DNA of 64,000 bases from Terriglobia bacterium (GTDB lineage Bacteria > Acidobacteriota > Polarisedimenticolia > Polarisedimenticolales > JAIQFR01). Below are positions 29,634 through 39,800 of this stretch, piece by piece (positions within the stretch are counted from its first letter, which is position 1; the number at the start of each line of letters is the position of its first letter). The notes below the pieces were generated by a model that saw only the letters and a list, made by a program, of their open reading frames with translations, was not told the origin of the DNA and did no database searches. Location of the stretch: positions 384,001 through 448,000 of the forward strand of contig CAVVHE010000005.1 of the NCBI GenBank assembly GCA_963748015.1, written 5' to 3'. A program made the translations under genes and the position numbers.

Positions 29634-32030
29634 TCACTGCGGGGCAAGCGGCCCGTCACCGACCAGCTCACGCTCGGACAACCTCGTGCCGTAGAACAGG
29701 CCGCGCGAAGCGCGGTAGTTCAGCCGCGTGTCGATCGCGGTGTGCAGCGGGCAGGTGCGGCGGGCTCGGTCCGCGTAGTCCGGGAACGCGCGCACGCGGT
29801 GGGCCCACAGGTCATCGAACCCCTTGATCCCCAGCTCGGACAGCGACGCCAGCACGGCCGGGTGCGCCGCCAGCCGCTCGCGGGCTCGCGCCTCCGCACC
29901 CTCCGGCGATCCGCGAGAGGCGACGATCAGCAAGTCGCCCTCCGTCGCTCGAAACGCCGTCAGCTCAGGGAAGACCTTGCCGATGGTGGCCACGACCGAG
30001 CAGACCACCTCGCTGTCCGTCTCGTAAAGGTGCAACCACTGCAGCAGCACCCCTCCGTCCGCCAAGCGCGCGTCGATCGATCGGAAGAACTCGAGCGTGA
30101 AAAGCAGGTCGCTGCCTCCGCCCCACAGGTTGCTTGGCTCCGATACGATGAGGTCCCAGGTGTTTTCGGGGCGGCGCAGATAGAACCGCGCGTCTCCCAC
30201 GTGGATGCGCAGCCGGGGGTCGGAGCCGACGTCGTGAGTGTGCGCGCCGAACAGCGGCAAGGCCTGCACGACGTTGGGCGACACCTCGGCCAGGTCGATG
30301 ACCTGCAACTCGGGCCAGAGGGTCAGCTCGCCGGCGGTGACTCCGGTGCCCTGGCCGACGATCAGGGCACGCCGGGTGCCCGAGGCCAGCAACATCGGCA
30401 AGTGGGCCGACAATCGCAGCGTCTCTTGGTCGATCAGCGTGTTCGAGTCGTTCTTCCCGTTGATGTAGATCTCGAGCGGTCGCGGCAGGGGCAATTCCCA
30501 GGCCGGCGCTTCGAGGACGGCCACCGAGTCCAGCGGCCCGTCTTCCTGGTGGACGAAGTTGTGGTTGATCATGCGCGCGGCGTGGAATGCTCGTGGACCG
30601 GAAAACGTGGCGCTCGTCACCGCGTGCATCCGGTAGGTGCCCAGGGCCAGGCGGTGAGGATCGAAGCCGGGGAGCCGGAAGCCGGCGAACACCGTGACGG
30701 CGACGAGCGCGATCGCTACCGGACGCGCCGCGCGCCCGGCCCCCGGGGCGGCGAGCCAGGCCATCACGCCGGCCAAGATCGGCGCAACCAGCAGCACCCG
30801 CGGCAGGTCGACCAGGTGGAACAGGAGGAATCCGCCGGAGAGGCCGCCGGCGAGCGCGCCTAGCGCATTCCAGGCCAGCAGCCTACCGGAGGTTCGACCC
30901 GCGCCGGCAATCGACGCGCGCCGCTCGTGAAACGCGAGCGGAATGATCGCTCCCATCGGGGCCGCGGCGAAGAGCAGCGCCAGCGAGAGGATCAGCCAGG
31001 TCAATGCATGGTAGGCACCGAAACCGAATCCGCCCGAACCGGGTAGAAAGCGCAGGGCGTGCGCCAGCCACGGCCAGGTGTCGTAAGTCGGAAAGAGGAC
31101 GAGCCAGGCGGCGCTCGACGCGGCGCAGGCCGAAAACAGCGCGCTCGCCGGGATCGTCCTGCGGCGCGCGACGATCAGACTCCCCACCGCGATCGACGCG
31201 ACGAACGCCGCGACGACGAGGCAGAAGACGTACGGCGTGCCTCCGAGCACGAGGCCGAGCAACCGGATCAGCGCGCTTTCTTGCGACATCGTGGCCATGC
31301 CCGCGAGAAGCGAGATCGCCGAAAGCGTCCACACCGGCAGGCGCCGTGCTGCGACCCGGGGTTCGGGCTGCGCGGCGGCGGCCGACGGCTCCGCGGCGCC
31401 CGCCCCGGGCAGAAGGAAGAGGATGGCCGCCGAGGCGAGGTTGAGCACGCCAGCCAGGCGAACCGTCGCGTTGGGGCCCCATGCGGGAAGGAGCACGAAG
31501 CCGGCGCCGAGCGCTCCGGCGACCGCCCCCAACGTGTTCAACCCGTAGACCCGGGCGTGCGTGGCGGTCAGCCCGGACAGCGAGGCGACCAGGCCGCGCG
31601 TCATGAACGGCACGGTGGCACCCATCAACATCGACGGGACCAGCACCAGGGGCAGCGCAGCGCCCAGGCTGCCGGCGATCAGGCCGAACGGGCGCGAGAA
31701 ACTCCATGTCCGCGCCAGGCCATCGACCAGCAAGAAGGTCCAGGGGAAAGCCAATCCCCATACCCCGATCGCCAGCTCCAGCCAGGCGTAAGCCTTCAAG
31801 GGTTGCGAGGTCCGCGCCGAGAGTCCGCCGCAGATCGCGTAGCCGAGGGACAGCCCGCCAAGGAACACGGCCAAGGTGGTTGCCGTCGCGGCGTGGTCGA
31901 CGCCGACGATCGCGCCGAGGTGCCGCTGCCAGGCGACCTCGTAGATCAGACCGGCGGCGCCGGTGGCCAGAAGGACCGCGGCCGCCGGCACTCCGAACCT
32001 CGCCGAGCCCGCGTCGGCTCTGTTTTTCAT
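29634..32030 (-). CDS. Fused membrane (MFS-like) / spermidine synthase-like SAM-binding protein
   Basis: AAGLIYEVAWQR, YGLNTLGA, many TMs, then LYINGK-like segment, ALIVGQGTGVT, GDAR, DLIVSEPSN, QWLHLYE. Confidence 0.88.
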   Translation of the reverse strand: MKNRADAGSARFGVPAAAVLLATGAAGLIYEVAWQRHLGAIVGVDHAATATTLAVFLGGLSLGYAICGGLSARTSQPLKAYAWLELAIGVWGLAFPWTFLLVDGLARTWSFSRPFGLIAGSLGAALPLVLVPSMLMGATVPFMTRGLVASLSGLTATHARVYGLNTLGAVAGALGAGFVLLPAWGPNATVRLAGVLNLASAAILFLLPGAGAAEPSAAAAQPEPRVAARRLPVWTLSAISLLAGMATMSQESALIRLLGLVLGGTPYVFCLVVAAFVASIAVGSLIVARRRTIPASALFSACAASSAAWLVLFPTYDTWPWLAHALRFLPGSGGFGFGAYHALTWLILSLALLFAAAPMGAIIPLAFHERRASIAGAGRTSGRLLAWNALGALAGGLSGGFLLFHLVDLPRVLLVAPILAGVMAWLAAPGAGRAARPVAIALVAVTVFAGFRLPGFDPHRLALGTYRMHAVTSATFSGPRAFHAARMINHNFVHQEDGPLDSVAVLEAPAWELPLPRPLEIYINGKNDSNTLIDQETLRLSAHLPMLLASGTRRALIVGQGTGVTAGELTLWPELQVIDLAEVSPNVVQALPLFGAHTHDVGSDPRLRIHVGDARFYLRRPENTWDLIVSEPSNLWGGGSDLLFTLEFFRSIDARLADGGVLLQWLHLYETDSEVVCSVVATIGKVFPELTAFRATEGDLLIVASRGSPEGAEARARERLAAHPAVLASLSELGIKGFDDLWAHRVRAFPDYADRARRTCPLHTAIDTRLNYRASRGLFYGTRLSERELVGDGPLAPQ

Positions 32031-32058
32031 TGACACGTCACCCAATTGCGAGTACCTT
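32030..32058 (+). promoter_or_regulatory. Putative sigma70 promoter for the hcp-like operon
   Basis: TTGACA (32030-32035)-17 bp-TACCTT (32053-32058). Confidence 0.55.
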
Positions 32059-32114
32059 TACACGTTTCCTGCTACAGGATAGGTGGTTTTGTGGCTGCGG
32101 GGAGAACTAAAAAG

Positions 32115-32648
32115 ATGAGAAATGGGCGAATTCTACTCCTGGGCGCATTGATCGTGATGAGCCTGTCGGCGGTTGGCCGCGCCGAAGCGGCGATGGACAT
32201 GGTCCTCAATATCCCGGGCATCCCGGGCGATTCAACTCTTCCCGGCTACGAAAATCAAATCAAGGTGCTCGCCTGGTCCTGGGGGGCCAGCAACGCCGCG
32301 TCGTGCAGTTTTCCGACCGGCAAGCTTAGTCTGCAGGACTTGTCTTTTACCAAGTACTTCGACGTGGCCTCTACCGTCCTCCTCACCAGGATGAAGGACA
32401 CCACGGTCATCCCGTCGGCGACGCTCACTATGGTCCCCGTAGGGACTTCCGCACCCTCTGAAACGATAGCCCTTAGCAACATTATTGTCAGTTCCGTCTC
32501 CACCGGCGGAAGCGGTGGCGAGGACCGCTTGACGGAGAACGTGTCTTTCAATTTCTCCCAGGCGGTCATCACGTACTACTGTGTGGGCGGTAAGGGTGCT
32601 CCCTGCAATTCGGTGACCGTCACAGTCGCGGGCTGCCCCGCTCAGTAG
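32115..32648 (+). CDS. hcp: Hcp (T6SS tube-protein family) homologue with Sec signal peptide
   Basis: After AEA: AMDMVLNIPGIPGDS...IKVLAWSWGASN...QDLSFTKYFDVAS...VSSVSTGGSGGEDRLTENVSFNF matches Hcp1 hallmark motifs. Confidence 0.88.
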   Translation: MRNGRILLLGALIVMSLSAVGRAEAAMDMVLNIPGIPGDSTLPGYENQIKVLAWSWGASNAASCSFPTGKLSLQDLSFTKYFDVASTVLLTRMKDTTVIPSATLTMVPVGTSAPSETIALSNIIVSSVSTGGSGGEDRLTENVSFNFSQAVITYYCVGGKGAPCNSVTVTVAGCPAQ

Positions 32649-32658
32649 GCGCAGCTCC

Positions 32659-33465
32659 ATGAAATCGTACGCCACGCGACTCGCGCAGCGCGTCGTCCCC
32701 CTGGCCTTGGCGGTCGGCCTGGCCTGCGGTTCGAGCCCGGCGGCCACGGTCGACACGGAAGCCCGCGCGAAGTCCCTCCGTGCGTTCAGGCTCGAGCAGC
32801 TGCGCCGGCAGATCGTGCCTCAGTCGCCAGGTGATGAGTTCATCGCGGTGAAACCCGTGAGCGCCGTGAGCGCGGCCGCGCTGTTCGAGCGCATGACAGG
32901 TCGACGCGTTCCGGGATCCGTGAGCCCCGTCGAAGACGACCTCCTGGTGTCGGTGACGAAGACGATCTACGAGACGCTCGCCGAGACTTCGGAGTCCTGT
33001 TGCCGGTGCACCGACGCGGCGATCTGCAACGATCAACTGTTCTGCAACGGAACCGAGATCTGTCAGGGCAACCTCTGCGCCCCCGGCCCGGCTCCCTGCG
33101 ACGACGGCCTAGCGTGCTCGACGGACACCTGCACCGAAAACACCGACACGTGCACACACGAGCCACCACCACCCGCTGAAGTGGCCTCGCTCGACGTCGG
33201 CCGCAGCGCGCCGGCATCCCCGGTGGCCACGCTCGCCTGGTCGAGCGTATCAGGTGCCGCCTCGTACAACGTCTTCCGTGGCGCCTTGGCCGGGCTGGGC
33301 GATCTGGCCTGCTTCACCTCCGGCGTGACCGGAACGTCCCAGAACGACGACGGCGCGGTGCCGGCGAGGGCGTACTACTACCTCGTCACGTCGGTGGCCT
33401 GCGGCCAATCGGGGCTCGGCTACGGCCGGCCCAACCCGCGTCCGTTGCCCCCCACCTGCCCGTAG
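32659..33465 (+). CDS. Cys-rich secreted protein with C-terminal FN3-like '...CG..LG..R..CP' domain
   Basis: Signal peptide; CNDQLFCNGTEIC and CDDGLACSTDTC repeats; starts 10 bp after hcp stop. Confidence 0.8.
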   Translation: MKSYATRLAQRVVPLALAVGLACGSSPAATVDTEARAKSLRAFRLEQLRRQIVPQSPGDEFIAVKPVSAVSAAALFERMTGRRVPGSVSPVEDDLLVSVTKTIYETLAETSESCCRCTDAAICNDQLFCNGTEICQGNLCAPGPAPCDDGLACSTDTCTENTDTCTHEPPPPAEVASLDVGRSAPASPVATLAWSSVSGAASYNVFRGALAGLGDLACFTSGVTGTSQNDDGAVPARAYYYLVTSVACGQSGLGYGRPNPRPLPPTCP

Positions 33466-33525
33466 TCCCATCCGTCCGGAGTCGACCGGAGACGGGGCGA
33501 CGGTAACCAAGAGCGGACGCCGACC

Positions 33526-33790
33526 GTGCTGAGGAGATCGCTCTTCACGATCGCGCCGCTCCTGGCGATAGTCAACCTGGCCGCCGCGTCGGAACCGAAG
33601 CTCGTCCTTCTCGGCACCGCCGGCCGATCGACGCCGAAGCGGACGCGCTCCACCCCGGCGCAGGCGATCCAGATCGAGGACTCGATCTACGTGGCCGACC
33701 GCGGAAACGGTGTCGGAGGCAGATGGCGCTCGCGGGCTTTCCGCTGCACGATCTCCGCCACGTCTTCGTCACCCATCACCTGTCCCTCGC
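33526..33790 (+). pseudogene. Truncated MBL-fold metallo-hydrolase (RNase Z/arylsulfatase-like)
   Basis: KLVLLGTAG...YVADRGNGV, then after a frameshift QMALAGFPLHDLRHVFVTHH, breaking inside the THxHxDH motif. Confidence 0.7.
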
Positions 33791-33848
33791 CAAAACCCCA
33801 TCCGCGTTGAAACTGAACCAGATCCCTGGTTTGTTGTATCTGGAGGTT

Positions 33849-33889
33849 TGGCTCCCCAGGAAGGACTCGAACCTCCGACCCGGTGGTTA
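33849..33889 (-). other. 3' half of tRNA-Asn(GTT), probable att-site remnant
   Basis: Minus strand TAACCACCGGGTCGGAGGTTCGAGTCCTTCCTGGGGAGCCA gives anticodon 3' strand, T-arm, acceptor strand and CCA; D-arm and 5' acceptor strand absent. Confidence 0.8.
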
Positions 33890-33924
33890 GCGGTAGGCTT
33901 CACCGCGCCGCGGTGCGAGCGCCA

Positions 33925-36387
33925 TCAGCGCGCCGCCGCCGCGCGCTCCGGCGAGCGTCCCTTCACGTACGTCTCGAGCCAGGTGTCCATCTCCCACAGC
34001 ATGTGGAAGATGTTCTCCTTCGCGGCGTAGCCGTGGCTCTCGTAGGGAAGCAGCACGAGACGCGCGCGGCCGCCGAGCCCCTTGACGGCCTGGAAGAGGC
34101 GCTCGCTCTGCAGCGTGAAGGTCCCGGGATTGTTGTCGGCCTCGCCGTGGATCAGCAGCATCGGCGTCTTGATCTTGTCGGCGTAGTTGAACGGCGACAT
34201 CCGCTCGTAGACCTGCTGCGCCTCCCAGTACGACCGCTCTTCCGACTGGAAGCCGAACGGGGTGAGGCTGCGGTTGTAGGCGCCGCTCCGCGCGATCCCG
34301 GCCGCGAACAGGTCCGAGTGCGCGAGCAGGTTCGCGGTCATGAACGCCCCGTAGGAGTGGCCCATCACCGCCACCCGCTTCGGGTCCACGACGCCCAGGT
34401 CGCCCACCGCCTTGATCGCGGCGCGCGCGTCGGCGACGAGCTGCTCGATGTAGGTGTCGTTCGGCTCCGCCTTCCCCTCGCCGACGATCGGGAACTGCGC
34501 GTTCTGCAGCACGGCGTAGCCGCGCAGCGCCCAGAACACCGGCGACCCCCACGACGGCGTCACGAACTCGTGCGGGGAGCTGTCCACCATCCCCGCCGCC
34601 TTCTTGTCCTTGAACTCGGTCGGGTAGGCCTCCATCAGCATCGGCAGCCGCCCGTCGCGCGCGGGGTCGTACGCCGGGGGCAGGTGCAGGTCGGCCGTCA
34701 GGTCGACACCGTCCTCGCGCTTGTAGTGGATCTTCTTCGTCGTCATGCCCTCGAGCGCCTTGAACGGGTTCGCCACGTAGGTGATCTGCTTCGGCGCCTC
34801 GGTCGTCCCCATCTTGCGAAGGTAGAGGTTGGGGTACTCCTTCGTCCCCTGGATCCGCGTCAGCGCCAGCTTCTTCTGCGGGTCGAGCACGCGCACGATC
34901 TGCTCGTAGGTCTTGATCCCATCGGCACGCCAGAGACGCGTCGCCTTCCCGCTCGCGACCTCCATCTCGTCGAGGAAAGGCCGGTTCCCCTCGGGCGAGT
35001 ACCCCTCGCCCACGAGGTACAGCCTCGACCGGTCCTTGCTCGCGAGGAGCACGTCGCGGCCCGAGACACTCGGCACGGTCACGAACTCCCCCGGCCGGCC
35101 GTAGAGGTCCTCGCGGGAGTACTCGAACAGCACTCTCGGATCGGGATTGTCCTGCCCGGTGAGCACGAGGTATTTCCTGACGTTCCGGTCCTTCCAGCGG
35201 AAGTCGGAGACGATCGCGATGCCCCCTTCGCCCCAGGTGATGTCCCGCAGGCGGTTCGTTGTCGCGCAGAGCGTACCCGGGGTCCCCGCAAAGGGCGCCG
35301 CGAGCTGGTACACGAGGTCACGCTTCGGCACGTCCTTGGCCGGGTCGCCGCCGTCCTGCGCCTCGATCCAAGCGACGGTCGCCGGCGCGTCGTCGCGCCA
35401 CTGGAAATCGCGCCGGCCGGCCTCCGCCGCGTCGAACGCGATCGGGATCGTGTCGGCGAGCGGCTTGTCCGCCAGCTCGGCGACCGTCTTGCCCGCGCGG
35501 TTCGCGACGAACGCCCGGTACGGAAACCGGTCCAGCGGGAACTGGTACGAGAACGGCCGGTGGACCTGCTCGACGAGGAGATGGGCGCCGTCCGGCGAGG
35601 GACGCACCGAGCGGTAGATCCCGGCGGGGAGAACGCCGTCGGACTTCCCGTCGAGCGCGAACCGTCGGACCTCGGTCGCCGCGTAGTGCTCGAACTTCCG
35701 CTCGTCGGCCGGGTTGCGCAGCAGGTCCTGGTAGGTGCGCGCCGGGGCTTTCTTCCCGGCCGCCTCCTGCACGACGGGACCCGTGGGGAGCGTCTTCTCC
35801 TCGGGGTACGGCTCGAGGCTCGGGCGCACGTGGACGTAGATCCCGCTCTCGTCCGGCGACCACTGGTACGGCCGGTCGAGCGCCGCGGAAACGATCGCCG
35901 GGGTGACCGGCTTCGCCTTGCCGGTCGCCGTCTCCGCGATCCACAGCGACATCCCGTCGCGCTCGACCACGAGGAACGACAGGTAGCGCGACCTCGGCGA
36001 GAACGCGTTCCACTCGATGCGCGGCTTCTCGGGGAGCCCCGTCACCGCGACCTTCTTCCCGGTCGCGATCTCGAGGAACTCGATGCCGATGGTGTAGTTC
36101 GTGCGGGCGCGGTTGTGGTTGCGCGGGTTGATGCGCAGCCCCGCGAGCTTGAGCTCGGGCTCGGCCAGCTCCTCGAGCGACTTGAACCCCGGCCTCGTCA
36201 GCACCGCGGCCCACTTGCCTTCGCCGTCCACGACGACCGCCGGCGGCGGGACCACGTCCACCAGCTGCAGGATCTCCTTCGGCGGCTTCTTGTAGGTAAC
36301 GTCTTCCTGCGCCGCAACCTGCGGCACGAGCGCGGCGAGGACGACGAGAAGGGACGCGAGAACGACGACGCGGACCGATCGGTTCAT
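33925..36387 (-). CDS. S9 (prolyl oligopeptidase family) serine peptidase
   Basis: GHSYGAFMTANLL, ARSGAYNRSLTPFGFQSE, IHGEADNN, ESHGY; signal peptide. Confidence 0.93.
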   Translation of the reverse strand: MNRSVRVVVLASLLVVLAALVPQVAAQEDVTYKKPPKEILQLVDVVPPPAVVVDGEGKWAAVLTRPGFKSLEELAEPELKLAGLRINPRNHNRARTNYTIGIEFLEIATGKKVAVTGLPEKPRIEWNAFSPRSRYLSFLVVERDGMSLWIAETATGKAKPVTPAIVSAALDRPYQWSPDESGIYVHVRPSLEPYPEEKTLPTGPVVQEAAGKKAPARTYQDLLRNPADERKFEHYAATEVRRFALDGKSDGVLPAGIYRSVRPSPDGAHLLVEQVHRPFSYQFPLDRFPYRAFVANRAGKTVAELADKPLADTIPIAFDAAEAGRRDFQWRDDAPATVAWIEAQDGGDPAKDVPKRDLVYQLAAPFAGTPGTLCATTNRLRDITWGEGGIAIVSDFRWKDRNVRKYLVLTGQDNPDPRVLFEYSREDLYGRPGEFVTVPSVSGRDVLLASKDRSRLYLVGEGYSPEGNRPFLDEMEVASGKATRLWRADGIKTYEQIVRVLDPQKKLALTRIQGTKEYPNLYLRKMGTTEAPKQITYVANPFKALEGMTTKKIHYKREDGVDLTADLHLPPAYDPARDGRLPMLMEAYPTEFKDKKAAGMVDSSPHEFVTPSWGSPVFWALRGYAVLQNAQFPIVGEGKAEPNDTYIEQLVADARAAIKAVGDLGVVDPKRVAVMGHSYGAFMTANLLAHSDLFAAGIARSGAYNRSLTPFGFQSEERSYWEAQQVYERMSPFNYADKIKTPMLLIHGEADNNPGTFTLQSERLFQAVKGLGGRARLVLLPYESHGYAAKENIFHMLWEMDTWLETYVKGRSPERAAAAR

Positions 36388-36430
36388 GTGCGACCTCCGT
36401 GACTGCGAATCCTAGTACACCCGGCCGACG

Positions 36431-36747
36431 GGCGGAGGACTCGGCCGGGAATGTCCGCAGACGGCCCTTTTCCGGGCCGGCGAGGAACATCCCCGGCCGG
36501 GTCCGGAGCCTCGGGCTCGGACCAGCGAGGGCGAGTTGCCGACAGGCGGAGGACACGGCCGGGAATGTCCGCAGACGGCCCTTTCCCGGGCCGGCGAGGA
36601 ACATTCCCGGCCGGGTCCGGAGCCTCGGGCTCGGACCAGCGAGGGCGAGTTGCCGACAGGCGGAGGACACGGCCGGGAATGTCCGCAGACGGCTCTTTTC
36701 CGGGCCGGCGAGGAACATTCCCGGCCGGGTCCGGAGCCTCGGGCTCG
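36431..36747. repeat. 114-bp tandem repeat (~2.8 copies) with internal palindromes (REP/BIME-like)
   Basis: GGCGGAGGAC at 36431, 36545 and 36659; each unit has CGGCCGGGAATGT...ACAT(T/C)CCCGGCCG. Confidence 0.92.
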
Positions 36748-36807
36748 ACCCCACGCGAACGAGGCCGGAAACGCCCGCAGACGCTCCCGGCCTCGTTCGA
36801 GCGCTGC

Positions 36808-39800
36808 CTACTTCTGGACCTTGTACTTCGGCCGCTCCGGCTTCTTCGGCGGATTGGCCTTGAGCTGCTCGAGGGACCACTCGATGGCCCGCTCGAGCTG
36901 CGGGTCGCGTCCCGCCACCATCTCGTGCGGCGCGTTCTCGACGACGATGTCGGGATCGACGCCGTGGTTCTCGACGAGCCACTGGCTGGTCTTCGGGATC
37001 CCACATGCCGAAGTCCGGCATGGTGACGTTGCCGCCGTCCACCAGCGGCAGGCCGTGGCTGATCCCGACCAGCCCGCCCCAGGTCCGCTTGCCGATGACC
37101 GGCCCGATCCCCAGCAGCTTGAAGTAGAACGGGAAGGCGTCGCCGCCCGACCCCGCGTACTCGTTCACGAGGATGCACTTCGGGCCGTCGATCGCCGTCC
37201 CCGGCGTGCGGAAGCCGTTCGCCGTCGCGGTTCGACCAGTAGACCATCGTCGAGCGCCGCAGGCGCTCCACGAAGAAGTCGGGGATGAAGCCGCCGCCGT
37301 TGAAGCGCTCGTCCACGATGATCCCGTTCTTGTCCACCTGCGGGTAGTACTGCTTGGTGAACTCCTGGATCCCCTGCACCGCGGTGTTGGGCACGTGGAT
37401 GTAGGCGATCCGGCCGCCGGTGGCCTTCGACACCTTCTCGCGGTTCGCCTCGACCCAGGCGGTGTAGCGCAGCGAGGCTCGTCGAACATGACGGGCTTGA
37501 CCGTGTACGTGCGGGGCTTCGGGTCGTCGGGAGCGCTGCCGACCGTGATGCGGGTCTGCTTGCCGTCGGTGCCCACGAAGGCGGCGTAGAGGTTCGTCGG
37601 CGCCTTCAGCGGACGGCCGTTCACCGCGAGCAGGTAGTCGCCTTCCTTCACCGCGATGCCCGGCTCGCCGAGCGGAGCGGCGATCCTCCGAGTTCCAGTC
37701 GCGATCGCGGTAGATCGTCTTGAACCGGTACAGGCCGCTCTTCGCGTCGAGCTCGTAGTCGGCGCCCGAGCAGCCCGACGCCCACGCGCTGCACCTGCGG
37801 GGCGTCGCCGCCGCCCACGTAGGTGTGCGAGGTCGCACAGCTCGCCGATCAGCTCGCCGAGGATGTAGTTGAGGTCGGCGCGGTGCGCGACGTAGGGAAC
37901 GAGCTGGCGGTAGCGCTCGCCGACGGCCTTCCAGTCGAGGCCGCCCATGCGCCGGGTCGTAGTAGAAGTCGCGCTCGAGCCGCCACGCCTCGTTGAACAT
38001 CTGCATCCACTCGAGGCGCGGATCCACGGTCGCCATCAGCGTGCCGGCCTCGATCTTCCCGTCGCCGGACTTCTTGCCGTCCGTCGCGTCGACGATGCCG
38101 AACGTCGTCCTTGGAGCGGTAGAGGAGCTTGCCGCCGTCCTTCGAGATGGCGTAGCCGGGCGCCACGCCGGAGAGGATCGTCTTGTCCTCGCGCTTCTCG
38201 AGGTCGAAGTAGGCGATGGACGCGTTCGGGGGAGGGCCGCCGCCGGGGCCGTCGTCGTCCAGGTTGGGCGGTCCCAGCTCGACGAAGACGACCTTGTCCT
38301 TGAAGACGGAGAGCTGGCCGTAGCGGCCGGCGGGGACCGGCAGCTCGGCCTGGCGCGGCGACGAGCCCCTCCAGCTCGATCTCGACCGGCTTCGGCGGCT
38401 CTTCTTGTCCTTCGTGTCCCCGGCCTTTTCGTCCTTCTTCGTGTCGCCGCTCTTGGCCGCAGCGTCGTCCTTCTTGTCGCCGTCGCCTCTTGTCGCCGTC
38501 CTTCGCCCTTGTCCGCGTCGTCCTTCTTCTCCTCGCCGGTCTCCTCGTCGCTCTCGGGCGCGACGGGCGACGCCACGTCGGTCGCTGCAGCGACAGCGGC
38601 GTAGATCTTGTCGGTGGCGCGAGAAGTGGAAGTTGAGCTCGAAGCCGCCGAACTCGGGGTTCAGCGTGCGGCGCGAGACGAAGTACAGGTACTTGCCCTC
38701 GGGATCGAACGCCGGGCCCGAGTCGTCGGTCATGCCCGTCCGACACCGCGGTCGCCTTGCCGTCGTCGAGTCGAGTAGAGCATCAGCTGGCTGAAGCCGG
38801 CGGCGTTCGGCTTGGAGTAGGCGAGCCAGCGCGAGTCGGGCGCCCACGCGTAGTCGAAGATCTCGCCGTCGTCGCCCTTGTCCACCTGGGTCAGCTTCCC
38901 GGTCTCGACGTCGCACCACCAGACCGTCATCGGTCTTGTCGGAGAACGCGAGCTTCTTCGAGTCGGGCGACCAGCGCGGCGCGTAGCGGAAGGTCGCCGC
39001 CGCCCTTCGTGACCTGCCGGTCGGGCGTCTTGCCGTCGGCGCCGATGACGTGGATCTCGTACTCGCCGCGACTGGTCGGAGAGGTAGGCGATCCACTTGC
39101 CGTCGGGCGACCACGCGGGGTCGCGCTCGCGCGCGCCGGGGGTGCTGCGTCAGGTTGCGCACGTCGCCCTTCTCGGCCGGCACCGTGAAGAGGTCGCCGC
39201 GCGCCTCGATCACCGCGCGCTTGGCCGACGGGCGAGAGGTCCGCGGCGCCGAGCCAGCTCCGCGACGTTGCGGTACTCGGCGCGCGTCGCCGGCTTGTCG
39301 TCGGGGACCAGGACGGAGATCTTCGCCGCCTTCTCGCGCGGCCAGGTCCATGACGTAGAGGTAGCCGCCGTTCTCGAAGACGATCGCGTCGCCGCCGATG
39401 CTCGGCCACTTGACGTCGTAGTCGGCGAACTTCGTCACCTGGCGGTGCTGCTTCTTGTCGAGATCGTAGGCCCAGATGTTGGCGGTGCCGGCCGCCGCGG
39501 TCCGAGGCGTAGTAGATGGTGCGGCCGCGCCACATCGGCCACTCGTCCGGACCGTCCCAGTCCGTGATCTTCTCCGACATGTTCTTCGCGAAGTCGTACG
39601 TCCAGATCTCGGGGGCGTTGCCGCCCCGGTAGCGCTTCCAGGTGCGGTTGTCGTAGGACGGGGTGACGAACGCGATCTGCGCTGCCGTCGGGGGAGAACG
39701 ACGCGTAGCCCGCCGTGCGGCAGCGGCAGCAGCTCCTCGAAGCCGCCGGCGGCGGGAACGCGGAAGAAGCGGTCGAACCGCTGCATGGACGAGGCGCGCG

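Noticed and set aside
29634..33465. Complete T6SS or prophage tail locus
   Set aside because: Only hcp is present; no sheath, VgrG, baseplate or phage genes are recognisable.
33849..33925. Intact tRNA-Asn gene
   Set aside because: The sequence 5' of the anticodon loop cannot form the D-arm or pair with the acceptor strand.
36431..36747. CRISPR array
   Set aside because: Whole 114-bp units repeat with no unique spacers, and no cas genes are present.
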